This document shows, piece by piece, positions 16,084 to 26,104 of a stretch of 34,104 nucleotides of DNA. Position 1 is the stretch's first letter; every line of letters begins with the position of its first letter. The stretch lies in NCBI RefSeq assembly GCF_001642725.1, contig NZ_LSUQ01000029.1:1-34104 (forward strand), written 5' to 3'. The DNA comes from Ferroacidibacillus organovorans. GTDB taxonomy: Bacteria; Bacillota; Bacilli; Alicyclobacillales; SLC66. A program made the position numbers and the translations under genes. Under the pieces are notes generated by a model. The model saw only the letters and a program-made list of their open reading frames with translations. It had not been told where the DNA came from and made no database searches.

Positions 16084-17997
16084 CTAACGCCTGCGAAATT
16101 CCTTTTCCAGTCGATCCCGTCCGATCCTCAGCGCGGTTGGTCGACCGTGTGGGCACGTAAACGGATTCTGAAGCGTCGAAAGCTCGTCGAGAAGCGCCTG
16201 CATCTCCATCATGGATAACCTTTGATTCGCCTTGATCGCCGCTTTGCAGGCGCGCAGAATCACTCGTTTTTCCCACGTTTTTTGATCGGCTCCTTCGTCC
16301 TCTAAAAAAGTGTCGATCGTTTCTTGCACCATGCGATCAAGCGGTATGCCCTGCCACCAGAGCGGAACCGCGCGCACCACGAGGTCATGTTCGCCAAACG
16401 GCTCATACACCAGTCCCATTCGCTTGGCATCCGTGATCCGCTCCATCACGCGAAGAAACGCGGCAGGTGTAAGCGAGTAGGTGAGCGGAACGAGCAGTTC
16501 CTGTTCCTGCGTCGTTCCTGCCCCGGCCATTTTCATGAATCGCTCATAGAGTATCCGCTCGTGCGCCGCATGCTGATCGATCAAGTAGACCGCCTCGTCA
16601 TCCTCTGCAACGACATACATCGTTAACGCCTGGGCAATCGGCCGCAGTCGCGCGCGATCCTGAAGATCGTCTACCGGCTCCTGCGACACCGTCTGCTCCC
16701 GCGCAGGTGTTCGCGTCAGTGCCTCTGCCAGCTCCGCTCCTAGGGGCGTCGAGGGAGAAGACGAAGCAGACTGAACGCGGGTGTACACTTGGCATGTCTG
16801 GCGAAATTCACCCTCGCGCGATTGCGATTCGTATCCACCCGCGTCTGAATCCTGCACATGGTGCGAAGCGCTGTAAGACATGCGGTCAACCCCGTCGGCG
16901 TCGCTGATCGCCAACTGCTTTGACAGATACGCGTCATCGTGCGGGCGTTCACGCAGTTGCAACAGTTCATCTGCAGGCGATTCCTTTTCAGACAAGTCAG
17001 GAATATAGAGGCCTGTCATAAGCGCCGCCTGAATCGCCCGCGTCACCGCATCCCGCACATCCTGTTCCTCACTGAAGCGAACCTCCAGCTTGCTCGGATG
17101 GATATTCACATCAACGAGCGCCGGATCCATCTCAAGAAAGAGTGCTGTCAGCGGATACCTTCCTTTGAATAGTGCGGTGCCATACCCCTCGATAACCGCA
17201 TACTGTAACGCCTGACTGCGAATCGGTCGCTGATTCACATAAAACCACATCGCGTGACGCGCGGTGCGCGCGTCTTGCGGCGCCCCAATCAGGCCGTGTA
17301 CACGCAAATCAGGACGCACACCGTGAACGGCGAGCGCGCGCTTCGTCACATCCGCTCCGTACAACGAGAGAAAAACGGATGTCAGGTCGCCGCTTCCGGG
17401 TGTCAAAAAGGTCAGCTTGCCATCCACTTTCAAGGTAAAGGCAATCGCTGGATACGCCATGGCGCGCTTTGTGACAACCTCCGTGATATGACTGACCTCC
17501 GTCTGGAGCGATCGCACAAACTTGAGCCGCGCAGGCGTGTTATAAAAGAGGTCTTCGACCGTCACACGCGTTCCGCGCGCCATGCCAATCGGCGCCTGAT
17601 CGATCTTTTCTCCACCTGTCACACGCAATTCAATGCCGCCAGGATGCCCTTCCACGCGCGAGCGCAAGATCATGTGGCTGACCGATGCGATCGAAGGCAG
17701 CGCCTCTCCGCGAAAACCGAGCGTGTGAAGCTTTCGAAAGTCATCCATCGTGCGCAATTTGCTCGTCGCGTGGCGAATAATGGAGAGCACCAGATCATCC
17801 TCATCCATCCCGCAGCCGTTGTCCTGTACTTCCATGCGCGTGAGTCCACCACCGGACACGGTGACGTCAATCTTCGTCGCCCCAGCGTCTATCGCATTGT
17901 CGAGGAGTTCGCGAATGACCGACGCCGGTCGCTCGACAACTTCACCTGCCGCAATCTGATTGGCGACAAGTTCACTCAGTTGCGCGATGCGCCCCAT
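16084..17997 (-). CDS. mutL: DNA mismatch repair endonuclease MutL
   Basis: NQIAAGEVVERP, GFRGEAL, DVNIHPSK, DQHAAHERILYE, ACK, CPHGRP. Confidence 0.97.
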   Translation of the reverse strand: MGRIAQLSELVANQIAAGEVVERPASVIRELLDNAIDAGATKIDVTVSGGGLTRMEVQDNGCGMDEDDLVLSIIRHATSKLRTMDDFRKLHTLGFRGEALPSIASVSHMILRSRVEGHPGGIELRVTGGEKIDQAPIGMARGTRVTVEDLFYNTPARLKFVRSLQTEVSHITEVVTKRAMAYPAIAFTLKVDGKLTFLTPGSGDLTSVFLSLYGADVTKRALAVHGVRPDLRVHGLIGAPQDARTARHAMWFYVNQRPIRSQALQYAVIEGYGTALFKGRYPLTALFLEMDPALVDVNIHPSKLEVRFSEEQDVRDAVTRAIQAALMTGLYIPDLSEKESPADELLQLRERPHDDAYLSKQLAISDADGVDRMSYSASHHVQDSDAGGYESQSREGEFRQTCQVYTRVQSASSSPSTPLGAELAEALTRTPAREQTVSQEPVDDLQDRARLRPIAQALTMYVVAEDDEAVYLIDQHAAHERILYERFMKMAGAGTTQEQELLVPLTYSLTPAAFLRVMERITDAKRMGLVYEPFGEHDLVVRAVPLWWQGIPLDRMVQETIDTFLEDEGADQKTWEKRVILRACKAAIKANQRLSMMEMQALLDELSTLQNPFTCPHGRPTALRIGRDRLEKEFRRR

Positions 17998-20543
17998 GCG
18001 CTCACCCCTTCACTCCCGTTTTCGCGTGTCGCGCGCAGGCGTTCACGAAGGTCAAAAAGATAGGTCAGCGCATCGCGCGGCGTCCACTCATCGAGAGGAA
18101 GCTCCGCAAGCGTCTCAAGAATCGCCCTGGCCTCTTGGTCCTCTTGTGCAGTCGGCGTATCAAAAAAGGAAACCTGTTCACGATTCATCTGGCGCGCCTG
18201 TGCCTCGCGCTCTTGAAGCAGCATCCGCGCGCGCGCCGTCACCCGTTTCGGGACGCCCGCCAGTTTTGCGACATCAATGCCATAGGAGCGATTCGCCGGT
18301 CCTTCGTTTACGTGGTGGAGAAAAATAAGCGCGTCACGCTCCGTGGACGCGGCAACCGAGAGATTGAACGTGCGCGGCAAACGCTGCGGGAGTTCGGTGA
18401 GCTCGTGATAATGCGTTGCAAAAAGGGTGCGCGCTTTAACCTGATCGTGCAGAAATTCAATCACCGCCTCTGCAATCGAGAGCCCGTCATACGTTGCGGT
18501 TCCGCGCCCGATTTCATCGAGCAAGATCAAACTTTTCTCCGTCGCCATCGTGAGCAATTCTGCGGTTTCAGCCATTTCCACCATAAACGTGCTCTGCCCA
18601 GACGCGACATCATCCGATGCGCCAATGCGCGTAAACAGCTTGTCCACTATGCCGATGCGCGCGTAGTCCGCTGGCACATACGAGCCAATTTGCGCGAGGA
18701 TCACAATCAATGCCACTTGTCTCATATACGTGCTCTTTCCGCCCATGTTCGGCCCCGTGATGATCGCGAGTTGCCGCTCATCAGAGAGAAACGTGTCATT
18801 CGGGACGTAGGCGGCAGAGAGCCACCGCTCCACAACGGGGTGACGCCCCGCCTTGATCTCAAGGTCCGTGCTGTCATCGAGTACAGGACGGGTGAAGCGA
18901 TAGCGCAGCGCAATCTCTGCGAGGTCCGTGAAGGCGTCAAGCATGCCGATGAGTGAGGCCGTTTTCTGAATCTCAGGAACCCGCCTGCGCATTTCCTCGA
19001 TCATCTGGCGCACGCGGCCTTCTTCAAGATTGCGCAGTTGATCTTCCGCTGACAGAATCTCCGTTTCCCGCAGTCGAAGCTCCGGCGTCACATAGCGCTC
19101 AGCGCCTGCCAACGTCTGTTTTCGTTCATAATCATCAGGCACCAGAGCGCGATTGCTCGCCGTCACCTCGATGTAATACCCAAAGACGCGGTTATAGGCG
19201 ATTTTAAGCGAACGTATCCCCGTCCGCTGCCGCTCGCGCGCTTCGAGTTCCGCCATGTACGCGCGACTGTCTTGTGCGATGCGACGCAATCGGTCAATCT
19301 CAGGATCTACGCCCTCCCGAATCACGCCAAGCGCCCGCTCGGCGACGGGCGGATCATCCACCAACATCGCCTCAATCTGCACATCCTGCGCGTCATCGCG
19401 CGGCAGATCCGCGAGCAGCGCGTGGAGGGGGACCGCAGTCGCAACCTGTTCCCATACGTTTCGAATCTGCACCGCGCGGCGCATCGACTGCGCGATAAAA
19501 AGTATATCGCGCGGGCCTGCAGCCCCGCTTGAAAGGCGCGCGCACATCTTCTCAAGATCGCGGAACCCGCGCAACAGCTCTGCCGTCTCTGCGCGGGCAA
19601 CCGCGTTTTCCATCACGTGATCAAGCACGACGAGACGCGCTTCAATCGCCTTGCCATCCGCGAGTGGGTAGAGAATCATTTGGCGCAACGCGCGTTTTCC
19701 CATCGCGGTGTGGGTAGTCTGTAGAAAATCAAAGAGGGACGTCGAGCGCTTGGCAAAGCGGCGCGGCTCAAGCAGTTCCAGGTGGTGCGCCGTGCCTGCA
19801 GATACATACAGATAAGGTGTGTCATTTACAGACGTTGCAGGTTTCATATGGAGCGGCGTTGTGCAAAGCGTATACGATACGTACTCAACGAGACGTGTTG
19901 TGACAACCTGCGCGAGGTCATCCTGTGCGTGCGTCACGCGATCTGCCGGCAAATGGGAAACGAGTGCATTGAGCGCCGTCGCCATCTCCCCAATTGCCCG
20001 CCTCGCCTGTTCAGATGTTTGGCTGTCAACAATCAATTCGCGCACGCCCGATGTTTTAAACCAGCCGAGGAGTTCCTGCGTCGTCGCCTCCATGCGCAGA
20101 CAATCCCCCGTAAGTGGATCAAGCATCGCTGCAACCGCCCCCAAAGTGCGCGAGGAGCGCAGCTCAAGCGTCCCGATGCGCAGCGGTCCGTCTTCCTCCC
20201 GCAAATACTCGTGCGCAGTTCCTGGCGTAACGATGCGCACAATTTCGCGGCGAACGATGCCCTTGACGCTGCGCGGATCTTCCACCTGCTCACAGATCGC
20301 CACGCGCAGCCCCGCATCCACCAGTTTCCCGATGTATCCTTCTGCCGCGTGAAACGGAACCCCGCACATCGGAATGCGCGAATCCCCTTTGCCCCGACCC
20401 GTGAGAGTCAGTCCGAGTAGCTCGCTCGCAAGCGTTGCATCGTCATAAAACAGCTCATAAAAGTCACCCAGGCGGTACATCAAAAGGGCGTCCGGACAGG
20501 ACGCCTTGATACGCTCGTACTGGTCAAGCATCGGGGTCTTCAT
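17976..20543 (-). CDS. mutS: DNA mismatch repair protein MutS
   Basis: TPMLDQY, GDFYELF, TGPNMGGKSTYMRQ, STFMVEM, DEIGRGT, FATHYHEL. Confidence 0.97.
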   Translation of the reverse strand: MKTPMLDQYERIKASCPDALLMYRLGDFYELFYDDATLASELLGLTLTGRGKGDSRIPMCGVPFHAAEGYIGKLVDAGLRVAICEQVEDPRSVKGIVRREIVRIVTPGTAHEYLREEDGPLRIGTLELRSSRTLGAVAAMLDPLTGDCLRMEATTQELLGWFKTSGVRELIVDSQTSEQARRAIGEMATALNALVSHLPADRVTHAQDDLAQVVTTRLVEYVSYTLCTTPLHMKPATSVNDTPYLYVSAGTAHHLELLEPRRFAKRSTSLFDFLQTTHTAMGKRALRQMILYPLADGKAIEARLVVLDHVMENAVARAETAELLRGFRDLEKMCARLSSGAAGPRDILFIAQSMRRAVQIRNVWEQVATAVPLHALLADLPRDDAQDVQIEAMLVDDPPVAERALGVIREGVDPEIDRLRRIAQDSRAYMAELEARERQRTGIRSLKIAYNRVFGYYIEVTASNRALVPDDYERKQTLAGAERYVTPELRLRETEILSAEDQLRNLEEGRVRQMIEEMRRRVPEIQKTASLIGMLDAFTDLAEIALRYRFTRPVLDDSTDLEIKAGRHPVVERWLSAAYVPNDTFLSDERQLAIITGPNMGGKSTYMRQVALIVILAQIGSYVPADYARIGIVDKLFTRIGASDDVASGQSTFMVEMAETAELLTMATEKSLILLDEIGRGTATYDGLSIAEAVIEFLHDQVKARTLFATHYHELTELPQRLPRTFNLSVAASTERDALIFLHHVNEGPANRSYGIDVAKLAGVPKRVTARARMLLQEREAQARQMNREQVSFFDTPTAQEDQEARAILETLAELPLDEWTPRDALTYLFDLRERLRATRENGSEGVSAWGASRN

Positions 20544-21994
20544 GATCCTGTCATCGCCACACTTTCACGATCCACGCGCTCCCCGCGCAGCGTCCACGTG
20601 TTGGCCGATAGGATGCGAACGTAAATCGACTGCCCAATCCACTGCGGCGGTCCTTCCACCAGCACCAGCTTATTCGTGTCCGTCCGAGTAGCGAGGACGT
20701 GCCCGTTCGTTCGCGAGACGCCTTCTACCAAAACGCGCGCCGTCGCGCCTACCGCTCGCTGACTCGCCGCAAGCGTATAGCCATCCTGAACGCTCATCAA
20801 ACGAGCCAAGCGCTGCTTTTTTTCATCTTCTGAAACGGCATCCTTAAATCCAGCCGCCGGCGTACCTGTTCGCGCCGAATACGAAAACGTATATGCATTG
20901 TCAAACTGAACGTCAGAAACGAGGGTGAGCGTCTCTTGAAAATCTTGCTCCGTCTCCCCCGGAAACCCTACAATCAAATCGGTCGTCAGCGCGACGCCCG
21001 GGATGCGTTCGCGGATCTTTCTCACCAGTTCGAGATAGTACTCGCGCGTGTATCCCCGGTTCATCCGCTTTAAGATTGCATTGCTACCCGACTGCACCGG
21101 GAGGTGAATGTGATGGCATACGGTCTTCGTCTCGGCAATCGCTTCGATCAAATCATCTGTAAAATTCCACGGATTAGACGTGGTAAAACGTACCCGTTCA
21201 ATCCCCGCGACACCCCCCACAGCCCGCAACAGTGTCGAAAAATGCGTTCCAAGATCCAATCCATAGTCATTCACATTCTGGCCGAGCAGCGTCACCTCTT
21301 TAAAACCGCGCGCGGCAAGGTCTACGACTTCCGAAACGATGCTCTCCATCGTGCGGCTACGCTCTTTTCCGCGCGTGTACGGCACAATGCAGTACGTGCA
21401 ATACTTGTTGCAACCGTACTGAATATTGACCCAAGCGCGCGTCTGATCGGTGCGCGCCTTTGGGAGTTCATCAAGCGTCTCCACCGACTGTTCCCAAACC
21501 TCCATGACCGTTTCAAACGAGTGACTCGCCTGCTCAATCAGTTCAGGCATGCGATGGATATTGTGCGTGCCAAAGACGACATCCACCCACGGATATGTGC
21601 TGCGCACACGCTCTTGCACCGCAGTTTCTTGCGGCATGCACCCGCAAACGCCAAGCAAGAGTTGCGGATTAAGCTGTTTCAGCGGTTTGACGCGTCCAAT
21701 CTCGCCAAACACTTTGTTTTCCGCATTCTCGCGCACCGCACACGTATTAAAAAGAATCAAATCCGCAGCCGTTTCATCGGTTGTCGCGGCATATCCCATT
21801 TCTTCGAGCAACCCGGCAATCATTTCCGAGTCGTGTTCATTCATTTGACATCCATACGTTTTTAGGAGATAGCGTTTCCCGCGGTACGCACCCTTTAGTT
21901 CTTCGCGCAATCCCGCCGCATGTTTCAGCGCTTCCTGCACGGGGATCGAGGGGCGATGCACGGTCAATGCGGGATCAAGTTCACTTCGCAGCAC
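20540..21994 (-). CDS. miaB: tRNA-2-methylthio-N6-dimethylallyladenosine synthase MiaB
   Basis: TYGCQMNEHDSE, NTCAVRENAE, radical-SAM CNKYCTYC, IVGFPGET, TRAM domain; GTG at 21994 with GGGAGG SD. Confidence 0.96.
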   Translation of the reverse strand: MLRSELDPALTVHRPSIPVQEALKHAAGLREELKGAYRGKRYLLKTYGCQMNEHDSEMIAGLLEEMGYAATTDETAADLILFNTCAVRENAENKVFGEIGRVKPLKQLNPQLLLGVCGCMPQETAVQERVRSTYPWVDVVFGTHNIHRMPELIEQASHSFETVMEVWEQSVETLDELPKARTDQTRAWVNIQYGCNKYCTYCIVPYTRGKERSRTMESIVSEVVDLAARGFKEVTLLGQNVNDYGLDLGTHFSTLLRAVGGVAGIERVRFTTSNPWNFTDDLIEAIAETKTVCHHIHLPVQSGSNAILKRMNRGYTREYYLELVRKIRERIPGVALTTDLIVGFPGETEQDFQETLTLVSDVQFDNAYTFSYSARTGTPAAGFKDAVSEDEKKQRLARLMSVQDGYTLAASQRAVGATARVLVEGVSRTNGHVLATRTDTNKLVLVEGPPQWIGQSIYVRILSANTWTLRGERVDRESVAMTGS

Positions 21995-22025
21995 CAGGTC
22001 GTTCCTCCCTGTTCTCGTTGACTCT

Positions 22026-22054
22026 AGTTTATCGAAAGATCGGTTAGGTGACAA
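22026..22054 (-). promoter_or_regulatory. Sigma-A promoter of the miaB-mutSL-miaA-hfq operon
   Basis: TTGTCA-N17-TAAACT. Confidence 0.65.
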
Positions 22055-22065
22055 ATTTTCCATGC

Positions 22066-22093
22066 AAAAGCCGCAGGAGGACATTCCTGCGGC
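22066..22093 (-). terminator. Intrinsic terminator downstream of 6S RNA
   Basis: GCCGCAGGA-N6-TCCTGCGGC followed by TTTT. Confidence 0.8.
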
Positions 22094-22114
22094 GGTTCAC
22101 TTGTCTTTTCATTT

Positions 22115-22292
22115 AAAACCCGCGCATGCCGTAAAGGACGCGTGTTTTCGAACCTGCTCTCGCAGGTGGGCAACTGTGGTTTCGAGTGTTTGACGTCCCT
22201 TCAAAGAGGGCATGCCAGCACGAAACTCCGATCTGTTTCCCTTATAACACGTAAGGTTCAAAACATAAGCCCTCATACGCACACGGCAGGTG
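22115..22292 (-). ncRNA. ssrS: 6S RNA
   Basis: ~180-nt rod: 5' TGCCGT pairs with 3' ACGGCA; GTTTTGAACCT pairs with AGGTTCGAAAAC; central bubble flanked by AAGGGA and CCCACCTG; own TGnTATGAT promoter at 22298-22306 and own terminator. Confidence 0.85.
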
Positions 22293-22345
22293 TGAACATC
22301 ATAGCAAGCGTGCGCGCTTCGCGCAACCATCAGTTTTCTCCAGAC

Positions 22346-23392
22346 TCAGCTTTCGGCGATGTGTTGCAGTGTGCGCAAAAGACGCATTTTTCCTTCTGTT
22401 TCAATCTTCGTCTCATCAAATTTCATGGGTTTTGCATTGGCTTCAAATAGAATAGGCGTCCCCTCCGGCGCCAGACCGAGGTCAAAGGAGAGTTCACACC
22501 AAATGCCGCCGCACCCGAGTTCAAGTGCGCGCGCGGCAGATTGAACAACCTTCTCAATCCGCGCATTCACCTCTTCACTACGCCGCCCATAAAGCTCATG
22601 TAACGTCTTGTCAAGCGCTGCCAATCGTCCGCCGTTTGGAACATGCGTCGTGATCCCGTCGCGCGGTCCAATTCGAACGCCCGCACCCGATCGCGTAAAA
22701 CCATCCTGCAAGTCACGATGCATCAGCATCCGCACGTCGACGCGACAGCCATCAATCGTTAGCGTATTCGCCTCGCGCTGCAACACAAAGCGCGCGGGGA
22801 GACTCCGCCAAAACGCCCGAACCATCAACTCATCGCGCAGTTCTGATATACGAGTACGGCCTTTTTCCTGATGGGTAATCCCGATCGAGTGAGCACCGCA
22901 CTGCAAACGCTTGATGCCCATCCCCGCTTTGCCGTGCGCTGGTTTCAAATACCACACCGGATACTCGCGAAACGCGAGAAGTGCTTCTTCTACAGTCGGC
23001 GAAACGAGTGAAACGGGAACGTTTGCGGATAATTCAGGCGCGCGTGACCAAATGCGTGCAAGTTCATCTTTATAGAGGAAGTTTGGGTTGGTGAGAATTC
23101 TCCCTTCGCGTGAAAAGCGGGTCTTAAAGGATGTTACCCAATCCGTTTGCTCCAGCCTGCGTGTCGGAATGCGGTTGTAGAGCACACGCGGCAACTGTTT
23201 CATCTGAATTTCCGTGAAACCTCCGCCAGACGCATTCCACGCATACGTTTCAAGGGTACCGTTTGGCTTGAGGCTATACACAAAAATGGGGATCCCCATG
23301 TGCTCGCCGAGGCGAACGAGTCTGCGAAAATGCATGGTGTCGCCACCCGGTTTGCCGCGCGTTACGCTTGCCGTCAGTACGCCGACACTCAT
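22346..23392 (-). CDS. YheC/YheD-family ATP-grasp protein
   Basis: LYNRIPTR, YLKPAHGKAGMGI, DVRMLMHR, ITTHVPNGG, ELSFDLG, FEANAKP. Confidence 0.9.
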   Translation of the reverse strand: MSVGVLTASVTRGKPGGDTMHFRRLVRLGEHMGIPIFVYSLKPNGTLETYAWNASGGGFTEIQMKQLPRVLYNRIPTRRLEQTDWVTSFKTRFSREGRILTNPNFLYKDELARIWSRAPELSANVPVSLVSPTVEEALLAFREYPVWYLKPAHGKAGMGIKRLQCGAHSIGITHQEKGRTRISELRDELMVRAFWRSLPARFVLQREANTLTIDGCRVDVRMLMHRDLQDGFTRSGAGVRIGPRDGITTHVPNGGRLAALDKTLHELYGRRSEEVNARIEKVVQSAARALELGCGGIWCELSFDLGLAPEGTPILFEANAKPMKFDETKIETEGKMRLLRTLQHIAES

Positions 23393-24606
23393 CGCGCCCG
23401 ACTCCCATACGTTTCAAAGGAAGCCGACTCTTGCGTAGTGGATTCTTCGAAAGGCGTGCCCGATTCGTTCTTAGGGAGCGACGTGTCAAGTTTTGGCTTA
23501 AGGCGATTCTGCGGGGGGCGCGTCAGACTCGCCGCAAAAGAGAGCAGCATCCTGCGCGAGGCTGCCGCTTGATTTTTTAAGGAAGGGTGGTGAAAGATGG
23601 TGCGCCCAGGTTTGGCATTTGCCTCAAACAAAACGATGCGATCATCCGCCGAGATGCCCATGTCAAGACCCAGTTCTCCAAGCGACCCTGAGACGAATCG
23701 CTCTAACGCACGTCCAATGGTGATAGCTGACTGGTCGATGCGTTCACGCATCGTCAGCGCGCGCGCGCCATACCAGCCGCGCAAGACCTGTTCTGCCGCA
23801 TCAACGTGCCCCCCACTGTATACGTGCGTGGTAATCGCATCGCGCCGCGCAATCTTTGCCGCGCTGCCAGCGATCCGCCATTGACCTTCGCCGTCCTTGC
23901 AAAGATGAACGCGAAAATCCGTAGGGCATCCCTGCACCGAACGCAGTTGTATTCCTTCTTGCAAGACGCACGTCGCGCTACGTGTGCGCGTCACGTGTTT
24001 GGCGAGCGCAGAAATACTCTCAAACGTCGTCGAAACGACGCGCCGACCGCGCCTCTCTGCCATCACGACCCGCCCCGCCTCGCGCGCGATGCGCACAATG
24101 CCTTCGCCAAAACTTCCGTCAGTCGGCTTGATAAAGACGAGTGGATAACGCTTTAGAAATTCTTTTACATCGTCTTCACTGAAATGAGACGTTGTGTCAG
24201 GTAACAATGCGGACGCCTGATCGTCTTGATGGAGCCAGATGCTTACATCGCGCTTGGAAAGGAAAGACGGATTAAAATAGGGGATCTTTCGCGCATCAAG
24301 CATTTGTTTGCACTGAACAACCGCCGATTGCGACTCGTCTTTACGCGTCCCCAAGCGATTATAGACGACAGCTGAGCGCTCAATTGTCTGTAGCACTTCG
24401 AGGAGTTGCGGTGTAGTCACGATCGCTGCGTCAAACCCAAACCACGCCGCCTCACGCTTTAGCGTTTGCAGATAGGCAGTGCGCACCTGACGCTCTCCGA
24501 TCCACACCATACACAGCGGCTTTGAAGAAAGCGTAGACGCGCGCTTCCGGTGCAAAGAATCTTCATGCCCCTCGCGCAGTGCGTCAGTATTTTTATCATA
24601 CGGCAT
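23389..24606 (-). CDS. YheC/YheD-family ATP-grasp protein
   Basis: VYNRL, FNPSFLSK, FIKPTDGSFGEGI, DFRVH, ITTHVYSGG, ELGLDMG, FEANAKPG. Confidence 0.9.
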   Translation of the reverse strand: MPYDKNTDALREGHEDSLHRKRASTLSSKPLCMVWIGERQVRTAYLQTLKREAAWFGFDAAIVTTPQLLEVLQTIERSAVVYNRLGTRKDESQSAVVQCKQMLDARKIPYFNPSFLSKRDVSIWLHQDDQASALLPDTTSHFSEDDVKEFLKRYPLVFIKPTDGSFGEGIVRIAREAGRVVMAERRGRRVVSTTFESISALAKHVTRTRSATCVLQEGIQLRSVQGCPTDFRVHLCKDGEGQWRIAGSAAKIARRDAITTHVYSGGHVDAAEQVLRGWYGARALTMRERIDQSAITIGRALERFVSGSLGELGLDMGISADDRIVLFEANAKPGRTIFHHPSLKNQAAASRRMLLSFAASLTRPPQNRLKPKLDTSLPKNESGTPFEESTTQESASFETYGSRAR

Positions 24607-24658
24607 GAAAAAAACCCTTTCTCTTCTCTCATCACATCACATCACAAGCGACAATCGC

Positions 24659-26104
24659 TTAAGAAGCCGTTGTCCGTGCGCGACTTTCAGCCTGCTCACG
24701 CACACCCCACGCATCGCGCACATCCACATTCTCATCCCACACTTCGTCGCGCTCGATCATCTCAAAAACAGGGTCGATGACATCCTGGAATCGCTCATAC
24801 GCGGTCGTTCTACGCAGGGAAGAATAGATCGCTCGCGCCATAGGCAAAAGCGTGTCGCGGTCATTTTTGTAAAACGCGCGCGTCATTTCATCCTCGTAGA
24901 GTGGATGGCAGACAAGCTCCTGCTGATGGTGAATGACGATGTGCGCCAATGCGAATGCGCACATGGCGATGACCGGATCGACCAGAAAGCTGCCAGGTGT
25001 GCGGTACTCAAAACCCCCGTGCGGCTTGTGACGAACATCACCAAGAAAACCGTAGCGCGGTCTTCTGCGCACACTGCTCATCGGATCCTCAATCAGCATC
25101 AGCGGAAGCCCGACATACACATCCAGCAGATGGACCAACCTGCCGTGAAAAGGTACCCCGCTCATATGAATATGACCACCTGTCGGAAAGCGTTCAAACG
25201 GCGCACACCCGGCAATCCACTGTGGAAATTCGTGCGGGAAGCGCCCGGCGGCCTCATAGAGCGTCTGTCGCACATTCTCACACAGGCGTTCCGGCGTGGC
25301 GGCGGGTGCCGGGCGCACCTCTGCAAGCGGGTGTTTCATGCGGTCTCCACCAAAGCTCCGATCGTCACAGCCAACCACGCCTTTGAGCGGAAAGAAGCGA
25401 GACGCGAGAACCATCTTCCCCTTTTTTCCGCGTAGCATAAATTCAAGATCGGTGCCAAGTAAAATGCGCGCCGGATCGATAGCTGTTTCACGCTGTTCAA
25501 TCCACTCGTGAATCGCTTGCGCAAACACTTCGAGAATCCTTCCTTGCATGACAGGCGCCGGAGAGACGTCCAAGACAACAAGCATGCCGCGCGGTGTGAC
25601 ACCAATGCTCACAAGGGACATTTCTAGTCCCAATGCGTGTGTCGCGCGCACAGCCAATTGGCACACTTTTCCTGCCTGTTCATCAAAATCGAGCGGAATT
25701 TCTGACATCGAGTCAACCACTTCACGTACGCGCTGGCTCAGCCACACCGTTTTTTGATCGGTGCGAAAACACGCGAGGGCGCGCAGCCCAAACACCGGAA
25801 TGCGATAGTGCCTCGTCAAAGGAGCCTGCCATCCATCGCGCGCCGATCGCGCATATTTCGGCAAGCGAACCCCTGTCATTTTAAGTCGCTCGGCCATACG
25901 CTTGCGCTGACTGGCTGTTTCAAATGCAGCCCTTCGATTGATGACCCACGCGCCTGCGTCCGGCTCTTCTCCGCCCACATAGCGAATCAGTCGATCGGTC
26001 GACTGCACATGGCCACGCACCTCGCGAATCCCGATCAGTCCAGGCACACGTTTAACCAGCCGCCTGGCAGAAGCCTGCCCCTGATGGAGAAGGTATGTGC
26101 TCAT
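24659..26104 (-). CDS. Putative amidoligase: degenerate ATP-grasp-like N-domain plus COOH-NH2 ligase type 2 (phiEco32-like) domain
   Basis: LGTDLEFML, VGCD, AEVRPAPA, GGHIHMSG, YGFLGDVR, HGGFEYRTPGSF. Confidence 0.85.
   Translation of the reverse strand: MSTYLLHQGQASARRLVKRVPGLIGIREVRGHVQSTDRLIRYVGGEEPDAGAWVINRRAAFETASQRKRMAERLKMTGVRLPKYARSARDGWQAPLTRHYRIPVFGLRALACFRTDQKTVWLSQRVREVVDSMSEIPLDFDEQAGKVCQLAVRATHALGLEMSLVSIGVTPRGMLVVLDVSPAPVMQGRILEVFAQAIHEWIEQRETAIDPARILLGTDLEFMLRGKKGKMVLASRFFPLKGVVGCDDRSFGGDRMKHPLAEVRPAPAATPERLCENVRQTLYEAAGRFPHEFPQWIAGCAPFERFPTGGHIHMSGVPFHGRLVHLLDVYVGLPLMLIEDPMSSVRRRPRYGFLGDVRHKPHGGFEYRTPGSFLVDPVIAMCAFALAHIVIHHQQELVCHPLYEDEMTRAFYKNDRDTLLPMARAIYSSLRRTTAYERFQDVIDPVFEMIERDEVWDENVDVRDAWGVREQAESRARTTAS

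Noticed and set aside
16087..16276. N-terminal extension of the methyltransferase ORF
   Set aside because: It overlaps the conserved MutL C-terminus in another frame.
22109..22450. ORFs 22109-22330 (-) and 22142-22450 (+)
   Set aside because: They overlap the 6S RNA structure and lack protein-like features.
24631..24645. (ATCAC)x3 tandem repeat between amidoligase and yheC/D
   Set aside because: Too short to distinguish from chance; no spacers, so not CRISPR-like.
24605..25435. 276-aa plus-strand ORF and similar long antisense ORFs (17254-18063, 18135-18956, 21104-21865)
   Set aside because: They lie opposite well-supported genes, have no recognisable motifs, and are expected shadows in GC-rich coding DNA.
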